Source of the DNA: Selaginella moellendorffii
Lineage: Eukaryota > Plantae > Lycopodiophyta
DNA: 64,000 bases
Direction: 5' to 3'
Assembly: GCF_000143415.4 (NCBI RefSeq)
Contig: NW_003314350.1
Location: 62,001-126,000, forward strand
Positions within the stretch are counted from its first letter, which is position 1, and every line of letters begins with the position of its first letter. A program made the position numbers and the translations under genes. Of the stretch, positions 37,400 through 51,800 are shown piece by piece. Under the pieces are notes generated by a model, which was not told where the DNA came from, made no database searches, and was given only the letters and a program-made list of their open reading frames with translations.

Positions 37400-37855
37400 T
37401 CAGGCCTGGAGGAGCTTGGAGGAATCGCGATGGGGGAAGAAAGCATCGAAATCGTGGATGATGAAGTAGTCGATGCGGCGCGGCGCGGCCCTGGCCACCG
37501 TTGCCCTGCGCTTGCGAGGAGCCGGCGGGCACTGGAGCATCTGGATCCTGGACGCCTTGAATTTGGGAGTGTGGCAGCCTTGATCGTCATCGACGGCCAT
37601 CGCCGTGTCCTCCCCGCATTCCCGACCGCCGCTGCGCTGCTCGCAATCATCCATGCTCCCATTGTTGCCCGCCGCGGCGTCTGGGCGATCGTCGAATCCT
37701 CCTGCTTCCTCCGTCTTGCGCCGCGATTCTTGATGATGGAGGTCGCCGAGCTGGAGCTGCCGGGGACGAGCTGGATGGCAACGCAGGGGAGAAGGCGACG
37801 ACGAGTGATGGAATCGCTCCAGAACACTGGAATCCGGAGCCGTGATCGCGGCCAT
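37400..37855 (-). CDS. SMR: SIAMESE-related (SMR) CDK inhibitor
   Basis: CHTP, CPPAPRK and YF...DFDAFF motifs. Confidence 0.85.
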   Translation of the reverse strand: MAAITAPDSSVLERFHHSSSPSPLRCHPARPRQLQLGDLHHQESRRKTEEAGGFDDRPDAAAGNNGSMDDCEQRSGGRECGEDTAMAVDDDQGCHTPKFKASRIQMLQCPPAPRKRRATVARAAPRRIDYFIIHDFDAFFPHRDSSKLLQA

Positions 37856-38699
37856 TGCTATCAATCCCTAGCAGCACCGCAGCTCTCCATACCGCCCGAA
37901 ATATCCCCTACACCATAGCCAAGAACAGATTCTGCGCAGATCGGGCACGAAATTCCAGCAAGATCGATCGAATCGCTGGCGAGGCGCGAGCGATCGAAAA
38001 GAATAGAGGTGCCGGCGCTCCCTCTCTTCCCTACGCTCCTCCTCCTCCTCGGCGCCTATTTATTTGTAGCGAGAGAAAAAGAGCGGGATTTCGAATCAAG
38101 GGCCTAGATTTGCCAGAGGAAACGCCCGGCGGGGATGGGATTCGAACCCGCGCGTGTCCGGCGGTTATATTCTCTCCGTTTCGAGTGTGCACGCTTGCTA
38201 GTGGTGGGAATTATCCACAAGCCAATCCCAGAGGGGCGGCATTTAAAGCATTGGGATGATTAGTTTCACTAGGGCAAAGAGATTGGAGTCAAGGTTGATC
38301 GATCAAACGAGTTTTCTTGATTAGGTTTGTGTTGTTGTCACGCAAGACCACACACACATTACATTGTTCTGGCTTAAATAGCGAGTGACACAAACTCCTC
38401 CTTGAGAATGAGACTTAAGCTCTGGACAGAAAACTCCACTCGTCTCACTTAAATGTTGGTGTGACCACGAAAGACAAAGAGCCTTGAATGGAGCAGTGGA
38501 ATTGGAGCATTGGATTCCCTTTCCTTGTGTTGTGTTGGAAGCATCAAGCGTTTGACTTGGGTTTGTTGATGGATTGATTGATGGTCATAGTAACAACGTG
38601 TGGGTTTTCGTTTGGATGGATCTTAGCTTAAGCTTCTTTGAAGAAATACTTGGCTTGTGTGCGTTATGATCGATCATCTTAACTTTGGCAGCGGCAAAG

Positions 38700-40019
38700 T
38701 TATGGTTTTGATGATGATGAAGCCCCGCAGAAGCCCTGCCAGCATTTACAATCGAGAACATCGTTGTTGTACAAGGCGGGGCTCGAGAGAGGGGCCGCGA
38801 GAGCCATGAAAGCAACGAGGCCGACGATGTGTACCACGGCCAGGACTAGTTGGTTTTTGAGGAACACCATGAAAACCAAGTTGAGAGTTAGTGGGTGAGT
38901 CGAGCGATGGAGCAATTGCGAATCAAACCTCGGTTTTGGCAGGCACGGACGAGATCCGGGAAGCCCATGATGTTGCAAAAAATGTGAGGAACTACGGCAG
39001 CAATGAGATGGCCTGCGATCGATCACCACAACAAGGGCATTGTGTTGGATCATGATGGACGACGCTGGGAATAACTTTAAAGCTCGAACCTGTTCGAACG
39101 TAGAGGAATGCGGCGTAGCAGCCAAACACGATTGTGTACCCAAGTTGAGCAACTGGAAAGTATAAAAGAGTAGCTTGTAGGATTAGAAACGAGCAGGAGG
39201 GGAAGGAAAACTTGCCTACGACAAAGGCGGCTCTTTTGGGGGTGTATCTTTCGTGATGAACGAGTTCCCAGAATCTATGGACGTGTGCTGCAACGATTCG
39301 AGATTAATCAGATGAAAGCAATAGTCCAAAGGAATGCTTAAGAGAGATTACTCCAAGTTCTATAAAACCAAAGGACAGAGGTTACCTGGATTCACCTAAG
39401 CTGAAAAATGTTGGAGAGATGAGTATGGCAGCTGTAGGCGAGTACCCTCCGCATAAAAGAAGAGGAATCATGCAGGCTCTGAAAACAATCTCCTCCGACA
39501 GCGGTGCCTGAAACAAAGAAAAATCTCAAAGAAAAATCTAGCAAAAAGAAGAACAATTTTACCACAACGTAGTTCCGCCAGGCAACCACGTCCTGCCCGA
39601 GAAAAATCAAGCTTGCCATGAAACCGTGATCATTAGCGGCGCCTTGTTCTCCATCGATAAGTTCCAAAAGCTCCACGAACAAAGGACCGAGATACAGCAA
39701 GGCAGTGAGCAGCAAAGGATATAGCGTGGCTTGCATCTAACAAAGAAGAAAGAAAATGTGAAGCATTGTAGGCCTAAAAGAAAACTAGACTTACCAAGTA
39801 ATCCGATCGAATTCCCATCAAATTGAGCTTGCTGGACGATCCCACCGGAAGAATGATGAAACACACAAGCGGTGACAGCACTGAGGCGAGAGTAGCACAG
39901 ACGAATCGCTGAAGGAGAAGCTGGCGCTGCGTCTTTGCCCGGATCTTGAGTAGAATGGGCGGCGCGTAGAGCACTCCCACGTACATTGCCGCCAGAGCGC
40001 CACACAAGAACAGCGCCAT
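38700..40019 (-). CDS. RCE1: CAAX prenyl protease 2 (RCE1/FACE-2)
   Basis: WRNYVV|APLSEEIVFRACM, FSL|AHVH, QLGYTIVFG.YAAF, HIFCNIMGFP. Confidence 0.92.
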
Positions 40020-43000
40020 GGCTTCCTCTCCTAAACCCTAAGCCTAGCTCTAAATGGTATAATGACATGAAAATTACCATTTTGTCGATATAAACCACTG
40101 TGTGGAGCGACGCAGCTCGCAACCACGCTCGCAGGAAAGATACGTCTTAAACGCGAGTCCAAATCCAAAACCAAAAGAAAATATACAGCCTTGTTTGTTC
40201 TTTGCAAAACGAATCCATTCTTTTGTCTGCATTTCCATCGAGTGTAGACTAATAGAACAAAAAAAGCAGTCCGGGAAGTAGGAAAAAGAAAGAACAATCA
40301 CAGCAGCACAGTGCATTGTTGTGTGGAAAGCCGTCCATTCCTCAATTTCTATGATTTCATTACTGCCTGCTACCTTGGGTTTAGGGTTTATTGTTGCTAG
40401 ATTCAAAATATTTTTTTTCGCTCATGCATCCTGAAAATGTCGTGGTTGGTAGTATAGATGCTATGCTGCTCTGTTCTTTTGGCTTAGTCTCCTTAGGAGG
40501 GGCAACCTGGAACACAATAGGCTGCAACGTATTGCACCTGATCATGAGCTCTTTCCGCCTGTTCGGAATGCGCTCACCTGAATTAAAGATCTTAATTGGA
40601 TTTGAAGGGCTAGTTAGGGTTAATGGGAGAGAAGAAGAAGAAACAGCAGCTGGAATTGGTGCGTGTGGAGAACAGAGAGAGCATGCTCACATTGGCGCAG
40701 TTGGAGGACAAGTTTAAGCTGTCATGTAACAAGGTCTTTTGGCAGATTCCTGAGACACATGACTCCTAATTTGTGGTGAGTTGAATGAGATTGACGAGGG
40801 CAACAAAGGAACAAAAGGATGATTGCTTGTATGGTGGGACATTCATAAAACAAGCAACCAAGAACAATTGAACGAAATTCAATATGGAAATGTCAGATGC
40901 AATAATCTGCCCTCGCTTAAAAGGAGACAGAAAGAAGTGATTGATTGCGAATGCTATGACAATCTACACCAACGATGATGAAAAAGAATTAAACAGGAAC
41001 TTTACTATTGAACTTTTACCTCCTAGGGTGGGGCAAACAGTCCAAGTCAAGATTGATCCATGTGGCAGCAGCAGAAGGGTACCATGTGGTGGTTGGCTGT
41101 TGCTTGTTTGTTAACTTCCTATCTTAGGTACGCCCAACTCCAATCCAGCCTAACGAGGGCTTTTCTCCATTGGCCTATATGGGTTTGCCTCACAAATGCT
41201 AATTCCTGGTCATATAAGCATTTCTTTCTCTCTCTAAGTGATGTTTGACACCTCTCTACGCTTGAGATCACCCTGTTTATATGGCTTACCAGAAGTCCTC
41301 ACAAATTCATGTAGTCATGACCAAAAAAATGCTAGACATTCCTTTCTCTCTCTCAGACTGGTGGGATAACTTAAACAAGCTTGGGAATGCCATGTTTCCA
41401 TGAAGCCACACTAAGATTCCTCTATGGGATGATGATTGAGTTTCTCCAAGGGCATTTTGGTATAGTTGAGTTTGCCAGTTAGGGATGGATTGACACTAGG
41501 AAAGTGAGTTTGCCCTGGTTATTTTCTGGATTATTTCTACATACTTGCATTATTGAGTTTGTAGTATGTTTTTGAGATTAGGCCCCAACAACTATGAGCA
41601 TTGGCTCTTAAATCTTGTAGAGAGAGTTTCCTTCCAGAGAAAAGTTATAAATCTTTATGTAGCTTGTGATCAATTGTGGTAACAGAGTGTTTCCAAGCTT
41701 ATTTGAATTTATGCAAGTCTGCTTTGGAGTTCTTCCACAACTCAGTCTTCAAACTCTTGCCTTTTATACTATTAGACTCAAGATCCTTCCACACTACTTT
41801 ATGATGCTCTTGCCTAAGATTCTTATGTCTAGATCTTCTAATGTTCTACCATCTTCTAGCCCTATTTTGTGAATCATGTTGTGGTTTTGCTAAGCCATAG
41901 CTCCTTTAACTCTTCTTCAAGTTCAAAAGTTTTCCAACTACCTCTGGTTGCATGAATTTCAAACTTCAAGCCCCTGAAACCACCCAATTTCAGAGCCATA
42001 CAAGATTATTAAGTTTTGGAAGATTAGGTCTACAATATAAAAACTATTTCATAATGGCAGATGTCAATGTGCATGTGTGTAATCCTTTTTCATTAAATGC
42101 CAAAACTTGGTGGCACTAAGTGTGTGCTAAAATAGGGCAGATTAGAAGTTGAACAAAGATGCAATCTCTTATTCAAAAGAAATACTTGCCAAATGATTTT
42201 TGTTTGAGAATTCATGCAAAGTTGTGATAGTTAAGGCAATTAGGGGATTTTATGCACTATGTTAATACATTTGCTTAAAAGTGACAAGGATGCTTAAAGT
42301 TATATCCTAGAAGATTTAAATTCACTTTTTCGTAATGAGATTTTGAAGTTTAAGCAAAAGAAGTATTTGGAGTGTAAGAAGACTATATAGCAAGTTGCCT
42401 TTAGTTACTTGCTTATGAAATAGTATCAACAGTTATACATTGGTACTTCAGATAAGAATTAAAACTCTAGGAATAAACAAAGTAAAGGGTAAAAAGAAGG
42501 TTCTACTTCAGATAAGAATTAAAACTCTAGTAGGAATAAACAAAGTAAAGGGTAAAAAGAAGGTTCTACTTCAGAGGCTCATAAGCAATGGTTAACAAGG
42601 TGGTGGTTGGTAACTATTGACAGCTTCTTTTAATCCTAGGCCCTCTATTCCTTTTTTTAGTGGGTACAAATAGTAGCAACTTGCAAAATCTGTTCCTAGT
42701 GAAATGGGTAATGTGGATCATTGCTACCATTATGGAGAGGTAGATTATAAATCCTTAAAATGTCCTAATAAACATAAGACAAAATTTTGTATCAATGTCA
42801 TAAGAGAAAATAGTGGTGGCAAAGTTAAGGGGGTTGATGAATTGGTTAATGCAAACTATAAGAAAGAGGAGGTAAGTTATTTTCCTCAAGTTTTTTTTAT
42901 AATTAAGCTCCCATGTTAATCATCACTTGGATTTGGTGTTTGCAAATAAAACTTACGAGATATAAGAACAAATTAGAGCTATGCATAACATAATATTTGA

Positions 43001-43239
43001 AGATTTAGATTGTTAGGATTTAAAGCTGAGTGACTGTCACCCATACATTTCTAGTTTGCAAAAGATAGACAAGTAGCTAAAAAATTTATGAGTGATGTTC
43101 TCATAAAGATATCAAAATAGAAAGAAAGAATGGATTTAGTATCAAATAATGTTTGGTATGGATTTCTTCAACAAGTACATTTGAGGGATATATAGTGTTG
43201 GACAAAGTTGTATTACATTGAGGTCAAAAGTGTAGCATA

Positions 43240-43900
43240 TGTGATTAAGGGATGAGATTTAGATATACTGTCACTATGGACTTTTGGAACCTTCGGGGAT
43301 AAATGAAGATAAAATAACTACTAAATGCTCTCTTATTAAGCAATTACCTTTTTTCCAGTTAACTTAAGGGGAGAGAAATAAGATGTACTACATGTGGTAT
43401 TAGAACAAATGGCACATTCCCATTGATTAGTGGCTACTTAAAATATAATATACCCTTGAGCAAAGTATATTTTTACCCTTAAATTTGAAATAATATGTAG
43501 CAAGTATCTATACATATGTTCTTCCTCTTGTGGGACATCCACAGACAAAGGTATCCACCTTGGGACTATAATATGGGTGGATAATTAGTTATCCCAATTG
43601 GAATAGTTAATCTACACTATGAAAGAATTGGTAGATTTAGTGCGGAAATAAAGATGTTGGTTCAGTAGGGGTTGTTAGTTAATAGTTAATGAAAATATTC
43701 ACATATCCACGGATGAAAGTATCTATAATGGGATTATAGTATGGATGGATAACTAGTTGTTTCAACTAGAATAGCTAGTCTACACTATGGAAATGGAAGG
43801 TTGGTAGATTTAGTGTAGAAATGAAGATGATGGTTCAATAGGGGTTGTTAATTAATAGTTAATGAGAATATTGACATCTCTGAAAGGGGGGTGATCATGG
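43240..43900. repeat. LTR-like insert with an internal ~170-bp tandem duplication; related copy at ~48135-48400
   Basis: GATGAGATTT(A/G)GATATACTGTCA... is shared with ~48140; ~43545-43710 is duplicated at ~43715-43880. Confidence 0.6.
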
Positions 43901-44747
43901 GATGAGAAACTGAGGGTGATGGTGATATCTTCCTAAAAGATTTACTACCAAGGTTATTTCTTAGTTGGGAGGTTAATCATTGGATTGAGATTGTTCTAGG
44001 TTTTTTTTGTTATTTGAACATCAAAGAGATGACTGAACTCAAGAAGCAACTTATGAAGATTATTGACAAAAGTATATCCAACCAAATAAATCATCTTATG
44101 AAGAACTGGTCCTTTTTTCTATGAAAAAGATGTATATTGATTATTGGGCTCTCAACAAGATAATAATTATCCTTTACCTCACATTAATGACTTGTTTGAC
44201 CAAAAGTGTTTTACATGACTTGATTTGCAATTTGGGTATTATCAGATCTGGGTGGTAGATCATGATGTGGAGAAGATAGTCTTTAAGATTTATTATAGAT
44301 CCTATGAGTTTCTTGTTATGCCATTCGGGACTATATAATGCCTTGGCTACATTCAATACAATGATGGATAGAATATTTAGAGATTATTTGGACACATTTA
44401 TTATTTTATATGTTGACGATGTTTTAGTCTTTAGTGAAACATTGGAGGATCATTTGAAATACTTAAAGTTAGTATTTTAGAAGTTTTATGAACATAAATT
44501 ATATGCTAAGGAGAGGAAATGTGATTTTGGTTAATTATATATGAACTTTCTTAGGCATATAATTAGTGGTGGTGTAGTTGAGGTGGATCCAAAAAATGTA
44601 TAAGTGGTGAAGTCTTAGGAAGTCTTTACTACTATATTAAATGTTTATTTCTTTTTCAGTTTGGTGGGATATTATTGCAAGTTTATTTGCAATTTTGCAA
44701 GTATAGTGAATCAAGGGTAGTATACCATTTTATTGATACTAATTTAT

Positions 44748-47422
44748 TGTAAGTGACTAAATTTTCTATTATACTTTAACCACACCTTCAACCACTTGAA
44801 AGAGTCTCACTCACAACCTTTATAAATTTTATTTCAGACTTGGGGACTTACTAGCCTCGTGAATGGCATTTATACCATTCAACCTTTGCACTTGGTCCAA
44901 ATGCTCTACGTATCCAATCCCATGATTGACAACCTAAAGATACTACCGACATATCAGCCTATTATACTAAAGCCATGTCCATTTACCCTTGTCTCATAGG
45001 TAGTCTAAGACCATCTATACCATAGTCCTATCTCTTAAACACTAAGCTATTTGTTTATGAGTAGTCATCCTGAAACCACTCTTTAGTATCCTTAGGATGC
45101 CCGGAGACATGGGGAATAACCTTCCCCAACATCCCTTTTTTCAGTCCCCACCAAATCCCTCTCCGTCCCTGGCTATATTCGCTAACATTGCTATTGGGTT
45201 AGGGCTTGAAGGCTCAATCATTACGTTCCATTGATATCTGGGATTTTCTTGCCACATAACTGCATCCTTGGTCACAAGAGGATTATTCCTCTTCCTTTCC
45301 ACAGTTTGGGACTTTATGATAACATTTTGAAACACTATAACCTTACATAAACCTTATAGGTACTCACCCCACTTTTCACCTTTGGGTGTCCTAGCCATAT
45401 AGTTAGAGCGAGGTTTTGATGAGCCACTCTAGGTATCCAAGTAAGTAGTGCCCCCCACACTTGGATTGAGAGTATCAACCATTCGATCTTCCAAGGGAGT
45501 TAGAGTTAACTCTTGAACACTTTACCAAGTTACCCCTTTTGTCCATCCATATTCACTCTAGCTTTGGACTCCTCAGTGGTTATATCATCACCCACCACAA
45601 GTATAGCCTTCCTTGGTCATACTATCATTTTTTAGCCAAACTAGCTCCCCCCCTTACTATATTTTTAGAGCTCACCAAACCCCCTAGGGTTTAGGAGACG
45701 ATTGCTTTGGGCTTTCACTCTCAAACTCGGACTCGGACTCGAATTCGGACTTGGTCTTAGTCTCGATCTTAGTCTCGCTCTCGATCTCGGTCTTAATCTG
45801 GGTCTTGGTCTCGATCTTGGATTTGGTCTTGGTCTCAGTCTTGGTCTTGATCTCGGTCTCTTTCTTGGCCTCGACCTCAGATTCCATCTCAGATCCATCT
45901 TGGACTTGACTTTAGACTCCATCTTGGGTCCATCTCGAGCCTATATTGGACTCCATCTTGGATTCCTTTTTGGACTCTATCTCAAATTCCTTCTCAGACT
46001 CCATTTCGGACTCTTTCTTGGACTCCATCTCGGACTCCTTCTTAGACTCTATCTCGGGTCCATCTCGGATTCCATCTCTGTCCTTTGTAAGGTACAACAC
46101 ACCTAAGTTTAAACATTTTCACTAATCCTTTAAGACCATTCCTTAACTCCACTTGAGTCATCTAGCTTTTGGTCTTTGTTAATCCCACAACTCATAAGGT
46201 CTTAGCCTCATAGTTACTTTTGAGGTGTGGCTACTTTTGAGGTGCTAACTCGCTAGAATACCACTTCTTGTATTCATGCCCTACTCAGAAGGACCATTTT
46301 TGCAAGTATTACTCCAAAGCTTGATTATTCTTTATTTCATATGGGCTACTTTTGCCTCTTAGGATTATTTAACCATATGATGAGAATACCAACTCATCCT
46401 CTTTAACTCCTTGGGTTATTCCAGCCTTTTTAAAGATAGCCTCAACTACTATTTCAAGGACTTGTGTCCTCTTCCGTATTTGATTTCCCACAGTCATTAA
46501 TTCTTGTATCAAATTTATCAACACCGTTCTCAACTATATGAGGATAATTCTATGACTTCTTTATTGTCTCAGAGTCTTCATCCTTCCCATGATCCCAACT
46601 ATACTTGTTTATTACAACCATATTAGCCAATTTGCTAAGTCAAATGCTCATCTAGATCACATCCTCAACTTTATGCGAAAAACTTTATACTGTTCCCAAG
46701 ATCCCAAAGTCATTCCTTTATTAGCCATTTTCTATCCACCATGTTATCTATATATTTACGTATGAATTAAAGTGGAGAGTAATGCCATTTTGATATACTA
46801 CTCTTTGAGAATAGGCCCACTTATGAGGCCTTCCAATGCTAATACAAGTGGTGATATACTCGACCACTAATAAAAGTCAAACTAAGGAACAGTTCCAAAA
46901 CCAGGTTATAAGTAACTAAATTTTCCATTCTACTTTAGTCACTTAACTACACCTCTGACTACTTGGAGGAGTCTCATTCACAACCTCCATAAATTCTATT
47001 CTAGACTTGAAGACTTGTTAACCCCATGAATAGCATCTATGCCACTCAGCTTTTGCACTTGGTCCAAGTGCTCCATGTATTCAATCTTATGATTGACACC
47101 TTAAAGTTACTACCAATATATCAACCTATTATACTAAAACTATATCCATTTACCCTTATCTTGTAGGTAGTTTTACACCACCCATACCATAATCCTGTCT
47201 CTCAAAGACTAGGCCATCTGTTAATGAGTGGTCATCCTAAAACCACTCTTTACCATCCTTAGCATCACTTTTTAGCATCTTTTACTAGGGGAGCTAAAGT
47301 TAGCTTTTGAACACTTCACAAAGTTACTCCACTTATCCATTTATATTTACTCTAGCCTTGGACTTCTTCATGATTATATCATTATCTACCATGTAGGTAT
47401 AACCTTCCTTGGTTACACTACC
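44748..47422 (-). mobile_element. Nested degenerate LTR element (LTR ~44748-46099, partial second LTR ~46907-47422)
   Basis: Direct repeats 44748-45095 / 46907-47262 and 45490-45625 / 47285-47422; TG and CA ends; hexamer repeat array at 45720-46080. Confidence 0.65.
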
Positions 47423-47519
47423 CTTAAGTTGAGAGCTACAGCTCTCCCGAGAGCTTCACTCTTTTGACATTTTATCACTTATGTCGAGCCCAGCAAGAGC
47501 AAACTAGACTCGAGACCTT

Positions 47520-47680
47520 CTATGATACCAAATGTATATCCTTGAATTTGGACTTCCCAAGAAGTCACCCATCCCAGTACTATTCAAACACAAAGATATT
47601 TAATCCTAAGTATCCCAAAACCATTAACTAATTGGAAAAAAGGGTTCATGGGCCCTTTCCCTTTATATTTGAACCCCATA
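47520..47680 (-). mobile_element. LTR end carrying 5S rRNA-derived sequence plus Met PBS (Cassandra-like)
   Basis: Minus strand AATAGTACTGGGATGGGTGACTTCTTGGGAAGTCC (47584-47550) matches the plant 5S C-box region; it is followed by ...ACA-TT-TGGTATCATAG. Confidence 0.75.
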
Positions 47681-48864
47681 GATCATCTATCAAATTGTTC
47701 TTTTTGGTTGCTTATATTTATCAATATGCTTTTATACAATTGAAAGAGATCTTGACTACAATTCCTATTCTCGGGATCCTAGATCTTGATAAACTCTTTG
47801 AAGTGCATTTTGATGCATCTGGCTATGCTATTAGTGTTATGTTACAACAAAATTATAACAATATGGTCAGTGTTACACTAAAGTGGCGTGGTTGTCATGG
47901 TTTGTTTTACTCCAAGAAATTGGATAAGATCCAACGAAAATGACCTATGCACAAGAAAGAGATGTTTGCTATAGTGTCAGCATTGGAATATTAAAGACAC
48001 TATTTAGATGGTCATACCAAGGTTTATATAAATAATAACACACTGAGCTACTTTGCAATGCAACTAAAACTTACACCAAAATACTCATTGGCAAGAGAAG
48101 CTTGCTAAGTTTGATATCAAAATATAACATATGTGATCATGAGATGAGATTTGGATATACTGTCATTGTGCATCCTTAGAACCTTGGGAGATAAATCGAG
48201 ATTAAAAAGCTATTAAAAACTCTTTCATCAAACAATTGCTATTTAGTTTAAGAGGAGATAAATGTGATATGTGGTATTAGAGTAAATGGCATGGGTTTGA
48301 TTCCCATTTATTAATGGGTACTTAAAATATAAAATACTTTTAAACAAAGTATATTCCTACCCTTAAAATTGAAATTGTATGTATTGAGCATCTATAGACA
48401 AAAGTATTTAATCAGTCAATATTATAATTGAGTTAAATACTGTTTGACACTATTTTCCATATAAAACCCCCTACAACCCCACCAAACCCAAACCCCACCA
48501 AATGAACTTGATCTTTCCAATTATTTTAGTTCATTAAATTTCATTTCATTTTTTTATGTTTTATTTTTTATTTTTTGTAGACTATACATTAAAATGTGGG
48601 ACTTGATCTTAGACTCAGTCTCAAATTTGATCGCATTCGACAAGCTCTTTATTATTCCGATCGTGATTTTAGGGGATCCTTTAACCTATGACACTTCAAT
48701 GAGGTGGTTCCTTACATTATGGTTGTCTAAACAGTGAAGTATAGCCTTAAAAAACATATTGCAAGCCTAGCAATGCAAATATATAAAAGCCTAGCTTTTA
48801 ATTCAAAAGATAAATCCCTCATCAAAGGCAAGCCCACCTTCTTAGAAACAATCTGATTCCTAAT

Positions 48865-51800
48865 TGTAGCGCACGTGGTTTTTACCCTTTATTCTATGGT
48901 TATTTACCATAGAATAACACCACGAAGCGGAACCTAAACCTTCTTTGTGCCACATGACAGATGCCACATGTCACATGCCACGTGTCCATGCCACGTGTCC
49001 ATAGCAACCCGAGGTTCAGGGCCTTGGGTCACTGAACGAAGGAACGGTGCCAAACTCCCAAGCATGGGGCCAAAGAGTGACGGAACCGATCCACGGCGCA
49101 ACTCCCGAGCGTAAAGCCCAAGGAGCGAAGGGATAGGAGCTCGGAGCGACTTGGAACAGTCCTAGAGTGACCAGCATCCTAATGCCAGGACCAGCACGCA
49201 AAACGGGGCCAAACGGAGTCTGGCGCTATTTCGGCATACCGGTGGCCTAACACGAGGACATGGGTACTCTACCAACTAGCATGGTGTGGAGCTTGGGCTT
49301 AGACCCAAGCCGGACGCAGAACAAGGACAGGCACGCAAGCAGGAGGTAGACTATGCCTTAGGTCGGTCGGCCATGCCCGACCTACCCACTATCCCTACTA
49401 TACATTTGGAACCCCCCACAGCCCCCCCCCCCCTTGAGGAACACATGCTTTGGGCTTTCACCCCAAGCCTCCCTTAATATCAGGAGTTAGTCTCTGGGAC
49501 AAGCTCGAAACTTACTAAATATGGAATGGCGCTAGATTGCGAATTTGGACACGGGACGAACACCATTGTGTTCAGGCCGATCTCTACATTCCGTAGATAT
49601 ACCAAATGAGCCAATCTGAACACTTTCCATAAATAGCATTTGGGACCGAAATGAGACTAACACAAAGGGTATGATAGCGAGGGTGTTTGGCAGACACGGT
49701 AAGCTATCATCTAGCGATATTGAGGGACCAATCTCAACATCGCGGGGGTTCTTGATACTAGCAAGTGCAAGCCAATGACACAAGTTTCTCAAACCAAGCC
49801 GAGTATGCTCAGCAAGAAACACATAGGGTTCCTACCTTATATTTATCCAATCTAAGTGCATGTTCATTGACCAGTTTCTCAACTAGCTCAAGTGGGAACT
49901 GATAACGGGCCCAGCAATATCGACCTCCTGCCGTCATGGCAGTAAGGTAAGAGTGTCCGAAAGGACTGGTTGACAGGTAACTTTCGATACCTGAAATCAC
50001 ATTCGCGACACTCTCCCCCCCTAGGGAAGATCGATGTCCTCGTCAATGCATACTCGAGTCTAGAATACCGCCAAGGAAACAACTCCAGAAAAAGTTCACG
50101 GTACTCACACTATGTGAGAAATGCACCAACTTAAATGAGTTAGGAGGCAACCTCTTTGTCTAACGCGGATGCGCTACCAGCTCAGACACCTTCCGGCCGT
50201 CGCCGACAAGGAAATGACCAACGGAGTCAGCCACCCTTGCTGCTCTAGGAGTCACCCAGCTTACAAAAGTGTGATACGCCCTGCCCATAGGGACATAGAG
50301 AGAGAAGCCAGAGGCCCCAACCCTCCTGAGCAAAGAAACCAAACCCGTCGGTAAGGTTTAGATAGACGACTGTAAACAGGCAGTTAAAGTTGTTTACACG
50401 GTCACGCCCTTTGAACGGAATAAGGAACATCGACAGAGAGGCGGGTGATGTGACCAGTCGACAGTAGTTACCCCATGATTAGAGATTTCACCATGCACAC
50501 GAAGTGCCGAAACCAGTCTGCCCATTACTGGCCCAAACTCAAAGATCAAGAGATGGACAATATCAAAGTCAGAGACAATGATATCTTAGAGACTTAATTA
50601 TCAATGAATATAGCTTAGATGAGAACACAAAAGTATTCCAAGTAAGTTATCATTCGATAAACCAATATGATAGTATAGGAACGACCAAGAGCATCATAAG
50701 TGGTAAACATAGGAATCACCATCCAACAAAATTCAATAGCAAGTATATCATCAAGTAAACTCAATGAGAAACTTAACTACCGAAGATAGCAGACAGTATG
50801 CCAAACAACTTACTAAAGATAACTCAAAGAATACCAAGTATCATTGACTAATAAGCATAATGCTCGCAAATGTATTACCCGAAGGAAATAACATCCCAAC
50901 CTATCAGAACTAACTCGAACAATAATCAACAGAATAGAATGAATGTTACATGGCTAACAAACACTCGTTTATGCCAACTATCACACTAGCCAATCTGAAT
51001 AGATCCCAGTCAATAATACCAAGGAACTAGAGTTGCTCAAGCAAGTGTGTGCAACATCCTACTTTGATGTCTCAAACCCAAGAGACCAATCCAGAGCAAA
51101 CCATGTGGTATTGCGGAAAGCCAAAAGCCATCAAAGAGAACACTAACCATCATGAAAGATCATCAATCATCCTATCAAAAAGAGAGATGCATAATCATTG
51201 TCGAAGAAAGAATCCACTATCCCGAAGAATAGCGAATCATTCTATATCAACAACAATCAAGCAAAACCTTTGATAAGGAAAATCAACTACTCTAAATGAT
51301 AGTCAATCATCACCAATGATTGCTAAATACAAATACTAACTCAACATCGAAGCTATGAGCCAAAAATGCCTTCCCCAACTACTTCTAACAAATGGAACAA
51401 TGAGCATGAAAACTCAAAGAACCAAAAGCTCGAAGAAGCCTAGAGCAAAGTCTTGCCTAACAATGATCACAAGAAGAAATCATGGTACAACCCACAATAT
51501 CCTCCTCAACACATCTATAAGCTAAACTTCATAATGCTAAAGCTAATGATGAGCATGTCTTCATCAATCCAAAAGCTAATTATAATGAAGCTATGCTCAA
51601 CAAGTGATCATTAATCGATCCTCCATGAATCTATCTATAGCAAGACGTAACTCACTTCATAACAAGCACAAAAAGAATCATCAATGATCGATATATCCCA
51701 ACTGAAATTCAACAAGGATTCAATCACTTCAATACCAATCACTAACTCTTCCTTTCATAGAGTTAACATAGTCCACGACTAAATCACTTTTCAAGGAAAA

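Larger units (their letters stand above)
41900..48130 (+). mobile_element. Highly degenerate Ty3/Gypsy gag-pol remnant split by nested insertions
   Basis: Gag AKTWW; decayed zinc knuckle near 42720; RT YEFLVMPFGL and YVDDVLVFS near 44300-44430; RNase H FEVHFDASGYAI...YSKKL at 47700-47990; many stops and frameshifts. Confidence 0.85.

Noticed and set aside
38125-38160. B-box-like GGGATTCGAACCC
   Set aside because: No cloverleaf around it; it lies in the SMR promoter.
40100-41060. Possible 3' half of the laccase or another gene fragment
   Set aside because: No Cu-binding HPxHLH/HCH motifs or other recognisable domain.
41478-41506. Second weak 5S-like stretch (GGGATGGATTGACACTAGGAAAGT)
   Set aside because: Too short and gapped to support.
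45665-46106. Overlapping low-complexity ORFs
   Set aside because: Artefacts of the hexamer array.
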